From: Eledone cirrhosa
Lineage: Eukaryota
NCBI GenBank assembly: GCA_964016885.1
Contig: OZ024743.1
Location: forward strand, 183,644,001 to 183,708,000
Direction of reading: 5' to 3'
Length of the DNA stretch: 64,000 nt
Part shown: positions 1 through 15,170 of the stretch, piece after piece
Layout of the letters: every line of letters starts with the position of its first letter
Numbering within the stretch: the stretch's first letter is position 1
Translations under genes and position numbers: made by a program
Notes under the pieces: model-generated
What the model was told of the DNA's origin: nothing
The model's input: only the letters and a program-made list of their open reading frames with translations
Database searches by the model: none

Positions 1-201
1 TGTAGGATTATAACCTTGGCAATATGTAGGATTATAGTCCAACATGTAGGATTATAATTTCAATAACATGAAGACTTATAATGCAACACATCAAGTTTTA
101 ATCTAACATAGAGAGCTAGCAATATGTGAATTATTCTTTTGAAACTAATGAAAGTCTATTTTTTTATAAAGTAATGATTTAATATTTGTTTTTATTTCTA
201 G

Positions 202-307
202 AAAACTCTGAGTGGCCACAAGAATATTATAAAATATGTGGACTCCAGTATAACTGTCACTCCTAATAAAGTGTATGAGGTGCTAATACTATTGCAGTAT
301 TGTAAAG
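202..307 (+). CDS. AAK1: NAK-family kinase (AAK1/BMP2K-like) exon, kinase N-lobe/hinge: KTLSGHKNIIKYVDSSITVTPNKVYEVLILLQYCK
   Basis: tttctag acceptor at 200-201, G|gtata donor; translation resembles AAK1 LSGHKNIV..YIDSS..EVLILM.FC; phase 0 to 1 fits the next exon. Confidence 0.92.
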
Positions 308-458
308 GTATATTATCTTTCTATTATATAGAACAGTAGAAATATTAAAATTGCTGAAGTACTCTTTTATTCTTTTACTTGTTTTATTTGATAGACTGCG
401 GTCATGCTGGGACACCACTTTTTGACAGCTAGTGGACAACAATAATATTAATAATAAT

Positions 459-993
459 ATTGTACCCCTTCTAGGACACACCACTATTTTGACAGTCAGA
501 GGACTATCAATAATGATATTGTACCCCTTCTAGGACACACCACTATTTTGACAGTCAGAGGACTATCAATAATGATAATGTACCCCTTCTAGGACACACC
601 ACTATTTTGACAGTCAGAGGACTATGAATAATGATATTGTACCCCTTCTAGGACACACCACTATTTTGACAGTCGGAGGACTATCAATAATGATATTGTA
701 CCACTTCTAGGACACACCACTATTTTGACAGTCGGAGGACTATCAATAATGATATTGTACCCCTTCTAGGACACACCACTATTTTGACAGTCAGAGGACT
801 ATCAATAATGATATTGTACCCCTTCTAGGACACACCACTATTTTGACAGTCAGAGGACTATCAATAATGATATTGTACCCCTTCTAGGACACACCACTAT
901 TTTGACAGTCAGAGGACTATCAATAATGATATTGTACCCCTTCTAGGACACACCACTATTTTGACAGTCAGAGGACTATCAATAATGATATTG
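459..993. repeat. 59-bp minisatellite, about 9 near-identical copies
   Basis: unit attgtaccccttctaggacacaccactattttgacagtcagaggactatcaataatgat. Confidence 0.95.
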
Positions 994-1081
994 ATTCCTT
1001 ACTTTACAAATATATACCAGCAACATTTTGTATTTATTGAATTTTAACTGACAATCTTTTAAATTGTAATTTCATCATTGA

Positions 1082-1345
<264 letters not shown>

Positions 1346-2781
1346 TGACCCCCAACAACCCACACTATCATCACAATCATCATCATCCTTTTTACGTCAG
1401 TTTTTCCATGCTTGCTTGATTTAGGAGAAAAAGGGAGAGAAGCGCGGGGTGGGGGGCAAATTCTTCATCCATCACTGGGCTGTATATCTCAGCTGTGCTC
1501 CATGGTCAAGATGGCAAAAACATTCCCCTGGAAAACAACCAGCAACACCCACTGCTAGACCCTGGAAGTCTTAGCAGTGACTGGTACAAAAAGGAAGGAG
1601 CTGATCAGGTCCCAGTATTTGGCTATTGTTAGAACAAATATGCTTTTTCAATTATATGACCTAGGAGTAGAACCTATTAGTTCACCAGTGAGACTAAAGA
1701 AAATAGTTAGGAACCTTGATTAAGAGTGCAGAATATTATGATTTAACAGAAAATATCTAAAAGTGGGTTTGTTTATTCAAATGTTTGTAGTATCTTTACT
1801 AATGAACAAATAATTGTGAAAATTTGCAGTAAATTATGAAGACTGTAAAGTCAATTTTTAACCTGATGGAGTCTTAGTGTTATTTTGTAATTTTCAAGAA
1901 TGTTTTGCTAATGTGGTTTCATATGGTACAGGAAGTTGAGATAATTTGACTTCACAACTATTATATTATGTTGGAGGGTGGAAGTCAAGGATTGAGTTTT
2001 TGTCTGATCCAATATAACTGTGAATATATTAAACAGTGAAGGTGACCAATTGGCAGAATTGTTAAGGTATTCATTCCAGATCTTTGCATTAAAATACTGC
2101 TGAGGTCAACTTTACCTTTCATCCTTTTGCAGTTGATAACATACCAGTCTCGTACTGGTATCAATTTGCTTCTATATATGTTTCTCACTTCCTCTCTTTC
2201 ACTCTTTTCTTCTCTGGATTAAAGTGGCTTCGTTCAGACATGAGGTGGGGTTGGGCTCTGCCAGGTTTAAAGTGCCTAGACACACCATATGTGACCCAAT
2301 GTCTCCATACATGCATGATGGCTGTATCTTGATTTCAAGAATTGCGTCCACCTGCTCCCCCTCTCACACATGGGTGGCATGAATATGACTCTTTATCCCT
2401 GCCAAGGATTTACATTCCTTTCTTCATATGCTGCAGTGATGAACATTACTTCCACTTTGGTTCCCTGTTTTGTTTTAGTGAGTTTTCAAATGACGTTGGG
2501 GTCCACTAGCTGAGGCACATTGTTTTCCACACTTCTGACAAAGAAATTCCAAAGAGACCATAATTGGCAACATATTGTACATGGCTTCTATCATAATTTC
2601 TAAGTCCAGTTTTACTGAGGCAAATTTGACCCCACTCATTGCACATTGTCATTTTAAGCAATATCCATATTTAAGTAATATCCAGGTAAATTAATATCAT
2701 GTAGACTCTTAGTCTGACCCCTCTATTCAATAGTCTTTGTCTATTATTAGTTTTTTTTTCAACATTACATCTTTTTCTTAG

Positions 2782-2904
<123 letters not shown>

Positions 2905-2954
2905 TAAGTTAACTAGCTTTTTCCTTTCTTTTTGTAAAATTAACAGGAAAACAA

Positions 2955-3200
2955 AATCATCATCATCATTTTTATGTCTGTTTTTCCATGCTTGCATGGG
3001 TTGGATGGGTCCTTCTCAGCACAGCATCTCTCCACTCATCACGGTCCTTTGTCATCCCCTCTGTGAGTCTGTGATTTGAGGTCAGCTCTCACAACCTCTG
3101 CCTAGGTCTTTCTTGGTCTACCTCTACTGCAGCTTCCTTCCACTGGCATTTCCTGGCACTTCTTCACCCACTGATCATCATCCATGCATATCATATGTCC
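2955..3200 (-). mobile_element. RTE LINE 3' fragment
   Basis: reverse translation YGHM..MDDDQWVKKCQEMPVEGSCSRGRPRKT plus (GAT)n tail; homologous to 10099-10915. Confidence 0.85.
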
Positions 3201-3625
3201 ATATAATGATGATGAATCGACAAAACATTGACACACGCACACAATACATACACACACAATACACACATACATTACATTATGATTGTTACTTGCCATCATC
3301 CATTATCACCATCATCCATTATCACCATCATTGTTTAGCATCTGTTTTCCCTATTAGTAAGAGTTGTCCATGTTGTCACAGATTGGTCAGTTTTCAAGCA
3401 GAGCCTCTGGCCTCCATGTGGGCCAGTGGCCTGATATATGCTCTCACACTCTACAGTGTGTGTTTTATCATGGCACCAACAATAGGGAAGTTGTCATCAC
3501 CTTGACACATCTGTAGAGTCTTCCTGATCCTTTATATGTTATCATTGTTTTTGATATTGCCTCTTCTATTATTGTTGATGTCATTGTTATTGACAGCGTC
3601 TTAGTTGGTAGATCTTTCATCTTAT

Positions 3626-3915
3626 ATCATTGTCACCATTACTATTATCATTGTCACCATTACCATTATCATTGTCACCATTACCATTATCATTGTCACC
3701 ATTATCATTGTCACCATTATCATTATCACCATTATCATTGTCACCATTATCATTGTCACCATTATCATTGTCACCATTATCATTGTCACCATTGCCACCA
3801 TTATCATTGTCACCATTACCATTATCATTGTCACCATTATCATTGTCACCATTATCATTGTCACCATTGCCACCATTATCATTGTCACCATTATCATTGC
3901 CATTATAACCATCAA
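3626..3915. repeat. 15/21-bp tandem repeat (attatcattgtcacc)n
   Basis: direct reading; explains the ITIIIV / MVTMIM / SPLSL pseudo-ORFs. Confidence 0.95.
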
Positions 3916-4439
3916 CTATATATGCTTTATATTTTATGCTACTATATGATTTGGGAGGACTTTTCAGTTGCTGTCAAAAGACACAATTTCTTTTCTGCCC
4001 TTGATAGAACGTATGACTGTAATTAAGCGATATGCAGACTCCTTCGCCTGTCTGGGTGGTCACTAGCCTTGCTGCAGTACTGACATAGTCTATGTAGACC
4101 CTGGGAGGTCAGCAGTACTACCTCATTATTGAAATGGTCTGTGTAGACCCATCTAACCCTTTCTAGCAGTGAAAGCAGATGTTAAACAACAACAATGATG
4201 ATGATATACAAGCTTGCAATATGTTGGCCAAGTTTTCAATTCTGAATTTTCTACAGGTCCTAATCTTGGCTCATCTCTTTTGTGAGGATCTAACCATCTC
4301 ATGTATCTTCTAGTTCCTTCTGTTCCCCAACCCATTATTTCTGTGAGGTTTTGCTTGATTGTCTTGGCAATTTCAATAAGAACTTCAACACAAGATTATT
4401 GTAAGATTTTTCTCAGATATTGTGCTAAGCCCATCATAA

Positions 4440-4574
<135 letters not shown>

Positions 4575-4576
4575 TA

Positions 4577-4793
4577 GGACGGTGGATTGGCAGTATAGGT
4601 AGAGAGTCTGACACCCTGAGTTGCGGCATAGAGTTATGGCCCTTTACTTCTGAGTTCAAATCCTGCCGAGGTTAGCTTTGCTTTCCATCCTTACAGGGTC
4701 AATAAAGTACCAGTAATACATGCGTCAATTTATCAACTTTCCCCTTCCCTTCAAATTGCTGGCTTTGTGCTTAAATGTAGAAACAATTATTAG
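4577..4793 (+). mobile_element. tRNA-derived SINE (family with core ctttgcctttcatcc..gggtcgataaaataaagtaccagt); further copies near 12125-12315, 13685-13912, 25915-26125, 27706-27897, 45295-45425
   Basis: A-box-like tggcagtat..gg, B-box gagttcaaatcc, shared core and (att)n tail across copies. Confidence 0.85.
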
Positions 4794-5926
4794 TATCAAC
4801 ATTTTACTAATTATGTGTATATATATTTGTGTGAGGACCAGGGGATGTGCAGTGTTTAACCCTTTTGTTATATTTCTAATGAGATACATTTTATTTATGT
4901 GGTGTGGTGGTGGTTGTGCAATGTTTAACACTTTCGTTATCACATTTCTAATGAGATTCATTGTATTTGAAGTAGTTATTGAGAATTTGGAGGGATTTTA
5001 TTATCAATTAATTCATTATCAATTAATTCATTATTAATATGGTATTTGTAACTTAAAGTAAACTTGTGTCAGAGAAAATTTTAATCTAAATAGAAATCTT
5101 TTAAAATGGTTGGTTTTATTTCATAGAACCCCAGGTTGGTTTGAGGGTACTTTAGTATGAAAAGGGTTGGTTTCATTTCATAGAACCACAGGCTGTTTTG
5201 GAGTAGTTTAGTAACAAAAATGTAAGCCCTTGTTGAGGCAATTGGTTTTTATAGCTGGATTTCTTTTCTAATGGTCACTTTATTGTAAACTAATGGGGGT
5301 ACTTATTTTTATATTGAGGCAATAATTAAGCAATAGTTGGATAAATTAGCTGAGATCCAATGAAGAAACTCAGCCAATTTCTCCAACTGACTTCATATTT
5401 TATGCTACAAAGTCTAACTGCAAGCTAGGGACGTTATAAGGAAAAACAAAAGTTGAGTACTCAGCAATAATAAAGTTATGACTTTGACATTTTTATTGTT
5501 AGCATGGTCCTATCAAACATCATAAACACTTCACTTTAAAATGTTCAGTAATGTAGTTTCCTGTAGCATTGGTTATGAGTATGTCTGACGAATGTATAAT
5601 TGATATCCTATTTAGAGAAACTTATCTGGTTTAATAACAAGTTAGTATTTGTCATCTTTAACAGACTCTATTTACTTAAATTTTGAAGGAAGTAACTATT
5701 AGCCTATAGCAATTGTGTAAATGTGACAGATATTATCAAGTTGGGACATGAATGTGCCCCCCCCCCCCCCCCCCATCATAGTCTGCTTCTACAATTTTCC
5801 AGTGTATACATGCCGTGAAGTGAATTCCCACTTATCTATGACCTAGTATGGTTGTTCCTTGATATGTCTTTTAGTGGAATACTTAGTTCCAACCTGTCAT
5901 GGATGTTGTGGGTCAAACATTTAGGC

Positions 5927-6152
5927 TTAACCCTTTATCATTCACATTATTCTATATAAACTATTATATTTTTATGGTAAATGCTTTATCTCACATAATT
6001 ATCTCATAATATCGAATCTATGAGATTTTGAAAGTATTTATTTTGAGAACAATACCTTAACATCAGTTTGAGTGACCAGTTACAGCCAGTTTCAACAGAA
6101 AAAGGTAGAGAATTCTGGCCGGTTTTGGCCGGTTTCAACATTAAAGGGTTAA
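5927..6152. mobile_element. piggyBac-type MITE
   Basis: TTAA-CCCTTTA ... TAAAGGG-TTAA ends; internal sequence is the reverse complement of the copy at 17308-17526. Confidence 0.8.
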
Positions 6153-6724
6153 ATCAATGGATTCACAACTTCCAACAAACATTACATAAATAGTATATTG
6201 TTTTAGGTTGAACTTTGTCATATGACCCCTACTCTGTCTGTGATTATTCCTTGTCTTTAGAGTGGGGTATGTTACCCTGAGGTTTGTAGTTCCTCTATTA
6301 AATTTAGTTTGTTGATTCTTACACTGACCAGAGACAATATAGGGTCTAAGAGGGCTCTTAAGTCTCGGTTATCATGTGACAACATCTCTAGTGTTGCTGC
6401 TATGATTAAATTCACCCAGTAAAGTGGTAGTGCTAATGCCATATAACACACTCAGTATACCCTGTAAAGTGGTAGTGTTACTGCCATAAAATACACCCAG
6501 TACAGTGATAGTGCTACTGCCATAATACACACCCAGTACACCCTGTAAGGTAGTTTTAACAACCATTTCGCTTATAACTAGGGTATAAAATATAAATTTA
6601 AAAAGGGTATGGAGTAATGTAATAATCCCCATTCTTTAAATGTGTTATACCATTCTTCTTCTTTGAATACATTGTTAAACCTTAGATGTTACTTAAAAAA
6701 CATGAAATAAGTTTGTCTTTTTGA

Positions 6725-7230
<506 letters not shown>

Positions 7231-7231
7231 G

Positions 7232-7950
7232 GTAGTGATGATGATGTTGGTGATGATATGATGATACTGATGATGATGGTAGTAATGATGATGATGATGG
7301 TGGTGGTGATGATAGTGATGATGATGGTAGTAGTGATGATGATGAATATTGTATGTAGAAGGAACAGAGAAACAATATTTGGGTCAGAAGTTAAATATTT
7401 AAATTAATCAATTATTAAAAATCAAAGATATATATAACTATTATTTGTCTTTACAGATGTAATGGTGGTAGTAGTAGTAGTAGTAGTAGTGGTGGTAGTA
7501 GTGGTGGTGGTAGTAGTAATATAACTATTATTGGTGATTCTTGTTTCCAATGCTATTACAGATGTGGTGGTAGTAGTAGTAGTTTGTGGTAGTTGTAATA
7601 GTGGCGGTGGTAGTAGTAGTAGTAGTAGTTGTAGGAGTGGTAGTAGTAATGGTGGTAGGAGTGGTAGTAGTAGTAGTGGTGGTGGTAGTAGTGGTAGTAG
7701 TAGTGATAGTTGTGGTGGTGGTGGTAGTAGTAGTGGAAGTAGTAGTAATAGTAGTAGTAGTAGCAGCAGTAATATATATAACTATTATTTGTTTTGTGAT
7801 TCTTAGTCCCTAGTTATTCTTGTTTCCAATGCTATAACAGATGTAGTAGTAATGGTGGTAGTAGTAGTCGTGGTGGCAGAGTGGTGGTGGTGGTGGTGGT
7901 AGTAGTAGCATTAGCAGTTGTAGTAGTAGTGGTGGTAGTAGCTGTAGTAG
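7232..7950. repeat. degenerate trinucleotide microsatellites (gat/ggt/gta)n
   Basis: direct reading. Confidence 0.9.
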
Positions 7951-9073
7951 TATTTTTTATTTAAGTTTGTTGGAGCAAATGATTTGACAACTCTACATGG
8001 TTCCTATTAATAACAAATCAACGATGTGTATAGTGAGACTGCTGTAAAAACCACCATATATATACAATAGAATGTTTATAGGTCTGTATAAGAAAGTATG
8101 TGACTCAGCTATATTACTCTAGAGGACATTTCCTATCATGTGCTCTTAACTTTTGTTCTTAACTAAAAACAATCTTCATAGCAAATCTAAGTATGTTTCA
8201 TACACAAAATGAATTCTGTTGTATATTATAATTAACCTCATTATCATCATCATTGTCACCATTTAACCACTGTTTATCCTGCTATCAAGGGTTGAACGGG
8301 TCATTGCAGGCCAAGTCGGTACTTAATTGGAGCTACTGGTCTCACAGATGAGCCAAACGACACATCTTGCTTACATACATTCTCACTTTCTACTGAGTGC
8401 AACATACATTTTATCATGACTCCAGCAATAAGGCCATCATGTTTTTGACATGTAGAGTCCTATCTGCACTTTGTTTGGCATGTTTTCTATATCTCGATAC
8501 CTTTCTTGTCACCAACCACTTTACAGAATATATTGGGTGTGTTTTATCATGTCATCAACACTAGGGAAGTTGTACCCTTGATACAACAGAAGTTTCTATC
8601 TATCAGGGTGTGTTTTATCATGTCACCAACACTAGGGACATTGTTGTATCCTTCATAGAACAGAAGCTTTTATCTATTGAATTATATGTTGTAGAAACAC
8701 TGAGTAGCATTGCTGAATGGAACAATTTATTTTCAAGAAAGAGGTCATATATGCTTTTTGTACAGCTGATCACACCACTGCTTGACCAGAAGCATGTTTT
8801 TTGCTAAAATGGTTCTGGGCCTGATAAGGCAATAAACAAGTTGGTCAGATAATGATTAAACAATTCTCTATCTATAATATGTATGTCACTTGATTTATTG
8901 TCTTAACAGCATGTTTTTTCTAATATCGCTGATAAGGCAATAAACAAGGTGGTTAGATAGTGATTAAACAGTTTTTAATTAACAATGTATTGTGAAAGAT
9001 GGTGCAATGTGAATAGGAAATATGGTGGAATTTAAGTAAAGTAAGAATGACAAAAACAAAACAATTTTATTTT

Positions 9074-9432
9074 CATCATCATCATCATCATCACCGTTTT
9101 ACGTCCGTTCTTCCACGCTAGCATGGGTTAGACGGGTTGTCCTGTTGTGGGCAGTGTCTGGTCGGCTGACCATGCCTTGCTCATACAGGAACTGATCTGG
9201 CTTGATTTCTACAGCTGGATGCCCTTCCTAACACCAACCTCATTTACAGTGAGTGCTGGGTGCTTTTTCGTGGCGCCTACACGTCCACTTTACAGTGTGG
9301 GCTGGGTGCTTTTTTGCCGTGGCACCTCCACGACCACCTTGCGGTGGGGGGGGGGGGGGCATATTGTTTATATGCTTCAGCATGTACCCATGGGAGGTCG
9401 GGTACCCTGTATTACTGCGTGACGCCAGAAGT
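9074..9432 (-). mobile_element. 3' end of RTE subfamily B (ORF end + long 3' UTR with gttaggaagggcatccagctgtagaa motif)
   Basis: near-identical reverse complement of 58968-59265; homologous to 20580-20945 and 51060-51430. Confidence 0.85.
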
Positions 9433-10098
9433 CTTATATTTCATAATATTTTGAGGTAAGAAACTCTTTATCAAATAAAGAAGAATTGGAGCATCTTGTT
9501 CTTATGGACTATTCTTTGTTGTGTGACTGACCATTGGTGGAATTAGCTCAGTGGAAATGTGACATATGTAGACTGGTCATAACAGCCAGGTAGTTCCTTG
9601 TAGCTCAGATCTGTTTTTAATACTACATTTATACCTGTTGATAAGAAGAGCCTCTCTCTATATATCATTATCATCATTGATTTTATCGATTTTTCCATGC
9701 TTGCATCGGTTGGATGTGTCCTATCAGCACAGCATCTTTCCATTTGCTGTGTTCCTTTGTCATCACCTCTGAGAGTCTGTGATTTGAGATCAGCTTTCAC
9801 CACCACTGCCCAGGTCTTCCTTGGTCCAGCTCTATTGTGTCACAATAAAAAGCACTCAGCCCACACTGTAAAGTGGCCATGTAGGAGTCATGACAAAAAG
9901 CACTCAACAAACACTGTAAATGTGGTTGGCATTAGGAAGGGCATCTAGCCATAGAAACTTAGCCAGAAACAGTTCTATATGAGCAAGATATGGTCACCTG
10001 ACCTGCCTTGCCTCTAATGGGACAACCCCTCTAACCTATGCTAATGTGGAAAATGGACATTAAATGACGACAATGATGATGATTTTATATATATATAT

Positions 10099-10915
10099 AT
10101 GCAGAAAAGGAACTGGCATAAATTCTATAAAATGCACACAATGTAGGTCCTGGGTACACAAGAGATGTAGCGGGATAGCAGGCAAACTAACAGGTAGGGA
10201 GAAATATGTATGCAGTAGATGTACAGGGAAATTAGACAGTAGAAGTCGCACTGATAGACACATTTTTCAAATGCGAGAGGGCGCTATAGAAGTGGTGGAT
10301 AGCTTCTGGTACCTAGGAGATCAGATTAGCATGGGAGGAGGGTGTTCCGAGGCCATAGTATCTAGAATAAGGACGGGTTGGAAGAAGTTTAGGGAGCTGC
10401 TTCCTCTGTTGACGAAGAAGGGTTTCTCCCTGCGTACGAAAGGCCGGTTGTATGATGCCTGTGTGAGGAGCGCGATGCTGCATGGTAGTGAGACATGGGC
10501 AGCTACCGCAGAAGATATACGACGGCTGGAGAGAAATGAGGCAAGCATGCTCCGTTGGATGTGCAGTGTAAATGTGCGTGAACGACCCAGCATAAATGTG
10601 TTGAGAGAGAAACTGTGTCTGAGAGGGATAGAATGTAGTGTACGGGAGAGGAGACTGAGGTGGTATGGACATGTGATGCGCATGGAGGATGACCGATGGG
10701 TGAAGAAGTGCCAGGAAATGCCAGTTGAAGGAAGACGTAGTAGAGGTAGACCACGAAAAACATGGGCGGAGGTGGTGAAAACAGACCTCAGATCATTGAA
10801 GCTCACGGTGGAGATGACGAGGGACCGTGACGAGTGGAGAGATGCTGTGCTGAATAAGACCCGTCCCACCCTTGCAAGCAGGGAAAAGCGGACGTAAAAT
10901 GATGATGATGATGAT
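10099..10915 (+). mobile_element. 5'-truncated RTE LINE (subfamily A) with uninterrupted C-terminal ORF, inserted in (TA)n
   Basis: ORF 10064-10897: F.YLG, LY.ACVRSAMLHGSETW, RRLRWYGHVMRM, GRPRKTW; (GAT)n tail; TA runs on both sides. Confidence 0.93.
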
Positions 10916-10923
10916 ATATATAT

Positions 10924-11448
10924 ATCTGTATATATATAAAATTAAGTACGTGTGTGTGTGTCTGTGTATTACCTATAGGGGCCTACATCTTATGACTGAT
11001 TTTCATGAAACTTTACAGGCTCATAGATTAGTCATCGGGGAGTGTTTTCTATATATCAGCGTATGGTTTTTTTATTCCGGGGTCATTCTGCAGATAAAAA
11101 TCGATAGTGGGGGTCACCTTTTTTTAGGTATCGAAAAATAAGATTTTTGGCTCTAGCTCCCACATTTTGCCACTGATTTCGTTCAAATTTTAAAGCAAAA
11201 TAGAATTTATCATTGCACATCCCGTAATGGCTTTATATTTTGCATTTGTTGTTCAGGGACGGCGTGGCAGCCGCTTATATATTCAAAAATACCACTTTTA
11301 GACACAAATTTCCACTTTTTCGGCTCTAGCTCCCACATTAATCAACCTACTTTGTTCAAATTTTACACTACGCTAGATCTGATTATTTCACATCTTAAAG
11401 TGGCTTTACATTTTGGATTTTTTGTTCAGGAACGGCGTGGCAGCCGCT

Positions 11449-11452
<4 letters not shown>
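10924..11452 (+). mobile_element. possible non-autonomous Helitron-like element with internal ~180-bp duplication
   Basis: 5' TC..TATATATAAAA followed by a (TG)n stretch; ggctctagctcccacatt...acggcgtggcagccgctta occurs twice; no 3' hairpin/CTAG seen. Confidence 0.4.
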
Positions 11453-11516
<64 letters not shown>

Positions 11517-11530
11517 TTGTTTCTGATTGA

Positions 11531-11698
<168 letters not shown>

Positions 11699-14173
11699 TG
11701 ATAACACTTCTGTTGTTGTTGTTGTTATTACTGTACTACTATATATATGTTGTTGTTGTTGTCACTACTGTCTATATGTTGTTGTTACTACTGCACTACT
11801 GTCTATATGTTGTTACTACTGCACTACTGTCTATATGTTGTTGTTGTTGTTACTGCACTACTATCTATACATTGTTGTTACTGCACTACAGTCTATATGT
11901 TGTTGTCACTAACAACACTACTATCTATTATTATTGTTGTTGTTACAACACTACTGTTACTGTTGTTGTTTTTACACCTGATATTCCCCCTCCACAAACA
12001 CACACGTGTATGTATATCATGACTCATACCCTGTTCACTTTCCTGATATGTGTACATTATTCTGTGTACTATACATGCACTTTTGATGAGTTGTAGTGCA
12101 TCTGAGCACTGTACACAATTTTCATGGATTGGTAGTATCGGTGGAGGGTCGGACACCATCCTTTGACGCATAGAGTTACGGCCCTTGCCATTCTGAGTTC
12201 AAATCCCGCCAAGGTTAACTTTGCCTTTCATCCTTACTGGGTCGATAAAATAAAGTACCAGTAATGCACTGGGTAATTGCTGGACTTGTGCCAAAACGTA
12301 GAAACAATTATTATTCATTATATACTGCTGTTGTCATTATTGTTGTTGTTACTACTAACAGCACTATCTGTTGTTGTTTAGCCACAGGTCAGCTCTGATT
12401 GAGCCCACCAATAATCACACATGTTCCAACCATAACCACCCCACCTTTTTCTATATCAGAGACTGCATTGTCCAATATATCCTATAAGTGGGATGTCATT
12501 TGAAGGTGATGTGGCTGCTATTTCTTTGAAACTGTCCTTCACATACTTGTTTAGTATCGATCTATTGCTGACCTGTGGGTTTGTTGCAAGCCACTGCTGT
12601 CACATGTTGTATGATTCCAGCTGTCAACTGAATCTATTCTGAAGAATGACCTGTGACCTTTCACATGGAATGGTGGCTAGTTTTCATTTAGTTGATGCTT
12701 ATAATTCCAGGAAGTGTTGTGGTGGACATGGTTAAAATGTTTGCAGATAGGGCATTTTCTTCTCTGGCCAAGCTCACATCAACTTAGTCATCATTGTCAT
12801 CACCGTCCCACACTCCCATTTGGGTTAGATGGGTCCTTTTCAGCACAGCATCTCTCCATTCACCTCATTCCTTCGTCATCTCCTCTGAGTCTGTGATTTG
12901 AGATAAGCTCTCACCGTTCTTAAAACGTGATTTAGGGTGGAAAACAATGTGCTCTTCTCCAATGTGTTTTATGAAAGGTGGGTACAAGTGGCAAGATTAA
13001 CAAAGCTATATGCCATATAGCATATGGGGTATACTCTGACTATAAAACTATAAACGATTGGCAAAAAACCTGGGAGCCTGCCCTTTTGTCTTTGATGCTT
13101 CAGGGTAATCCAGGGCTTTGTGTATGTATGGACCCGTAACTCCTGATGGAGTCGTAGGGGCGCTGTAGTGACTTACAGCATTTCTTGGGCATTTTAAGTC
13201 TGGCAAAGCCCATCTCCTCTTCAGGTCTGAACATAGCAGATTTCTTCCAGAGAAGGATAGAAAGTAAGAGAGCGTGAGAAAGAGATATAGAGGAAGGATT
13301 GACTTCAGTATTTTACTGGTACTTTTTTATTGACTTTGAAAGGATAAAAGGCAAAGTTCATCTTGGCAGGATTTGAACTCAGTTAGCCGGAAGAAATACT
13401 GCAAAGCATTCTATCCAACGTTTTAACGACTCTACCAATTTGTTGCCTAGGGCTTCACATAGGGTGGTTTAATTTACTCTCACTACTTCCCTCTCCCCCC
13501 ATTAGGAATTACTGTCTCTTGGCATTTTATTATTATCAATTGTTTTTGTTGATTTTACATTCTTTTGTATTTAAATTCCCACCATTTCTTTTTGTTTTTG
13601 TATTTCATTCTTGATTTGTCTCACCAAATATCTCTGAGCTGGTGTGACTAGCAAAGGAAGTTGTTATTATTACTATTGAGATAATGGCAGTGAATTGGCA
13701 GTAATCGGTAGAGTACAGACAATATGCTTTGTGGCTTATAATTAGGGCCCTTTATGTTCTGAGTTCAAATCCTGCCAAGATTAGGTTTACCTTTCATCCT
13801 TAGAGGGTTGATGAAATAAAGCACTAGTAACGTACTGGGGTCGATCTAATTGACTTACCCTTACCTTCAAATTGCTGGCTTTGTGCCAAATGTAGAAACA
13901 ATTGTTACTATTAAGATGGCTGAGTAGCAGGAATGACAAAGTATTTAGTATTTCTTTACTGAGGTACTGACTATAAATAGTATAAGTGCAGGGCTGGATT
14001 TTCCCCTGCTGTGGCCTTTAGCTATATGAAATTTGATTATTATTTGTAGATTAATGTTATTGAATAAATAATATATGTATAATATTAAGTGCTTTCATAG
14101 TATTACATCATGGTTTACTTTGAGGAAAAACCAATTTTATCCAGTGGTGAACCACTAAATTTAAGCATATTAT

Positions 14174-14516
14174 GGAGGCATATGGCTTAGTGGTTAGAGC
14201 ATTGGCCTTGCAATCGAAAGATTGTGAGTTCAATTCTCAGACCGGGTGATGTGTTGTTTCCTTGAGCAAGGCACTTTATTTCACATTGCTCCAGTTTACT
14301 CAGCTGTAGAAATGAGATGATAGGGACTGGGGTCCCTATCATTCCACTGCAAAGTGGTCGTGGAGGTGCCACAGCAAAAAAAGCACCCAGCACTCACTGT
14401 AAATGAGGTTGGTGTTAGGAAGGGCATCCAGCTGTAGAAATCAAGCCAGAATCAGTTCTCGTCCCACCCTTGCAAGCAGGGAAAAAGCGGATGTAAAATG
14501 AAATGATGATGATGAT
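14174..14516 (+). mobile_element. tRNA/CORE-type SINE with RTE-derived tail
   Basis: A box tggcttagtgg, B box gagttcaattc, CORE-like ccttgagcaaggcacttta, RTE-type 3' end + (GAT)n; near-identical inverted copy at 62519-62853. Confidence 0.85.
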
Positions 14517-15170
14517 GTGTGATGATGATTTAATGTTAAAAAATAAAAAAGTGATAAAATAAAAATGGATTTTAAAAAATGGATCTCCTGCTCTCGCTTA
14601 TTTAGCTTATAGGTATGTCCTCTAGTATAATAAGCAATTAGTATTAAGGTAGGTGTCATAAAGAGGTCTGTTGCAATATGTAGTATCCAATTTACTACCA
14701 GTGTCTTTTATGTTTACCTATAGAAAACATCTGTTGTACCTTACTAAATGTACTTCCTACATCATAGTTGTGTTCACCACCAGATATATTACTAATATAA
14801 AGTGATTTTCTTTAAACAAAACTATGGAACCTGTAGATACACTTTACCAAAGTACATCAATATGTACAAAATCAGCCTTATATCTATATAGAACATTCTG
14901 CTTCATTTGTGGTCTTCTCTTGTGAACTATCATTTTTATATAATTATAAGCTGTTATACTCTCAGCAAGGTTAAATATGTACTGGAAAAGGATAATTAAC
15001 CTGATGCTAGATTTTCCTTTAACTTTCCCGTTATTCTAAGAATTTGAGGTTTGTTGCAAAGATTCAGTTTGCAGCAAGACTGTATAAAAGAGAAAGAATT
15101 CAGTTTTTATGTAGTTTGTGGTAGCAAATATGTGATTTGTGTTTATAACTTAATTTCTTTTCCTTTACAG

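Noticed and set aside
459-993. Regular arrays here and at 29100, 32240 and 46035 as CRISPR arrays
   Set aside because: Head-to-tail units with no unique spacers, no cas genes, eukaryotic intron context
3605-3949. Hydrophobic repeat ORFs (also 7531-7813, 11665-12096, 33232-33814)
   Set aside because: Simple-repeat translations open in several frames and strands
10313-10869. Antisense ORFs over RTE and Tx1 elements
   Set aside because: Shadows of the sense retrotransposon ORFs with no independent motifs
14174-14250. tRNA gene (also heads at 4577, 27706, 48985)
   Set aside because: A/B boxes are followed by SINE core and tail; no complete cloverleaf could be built
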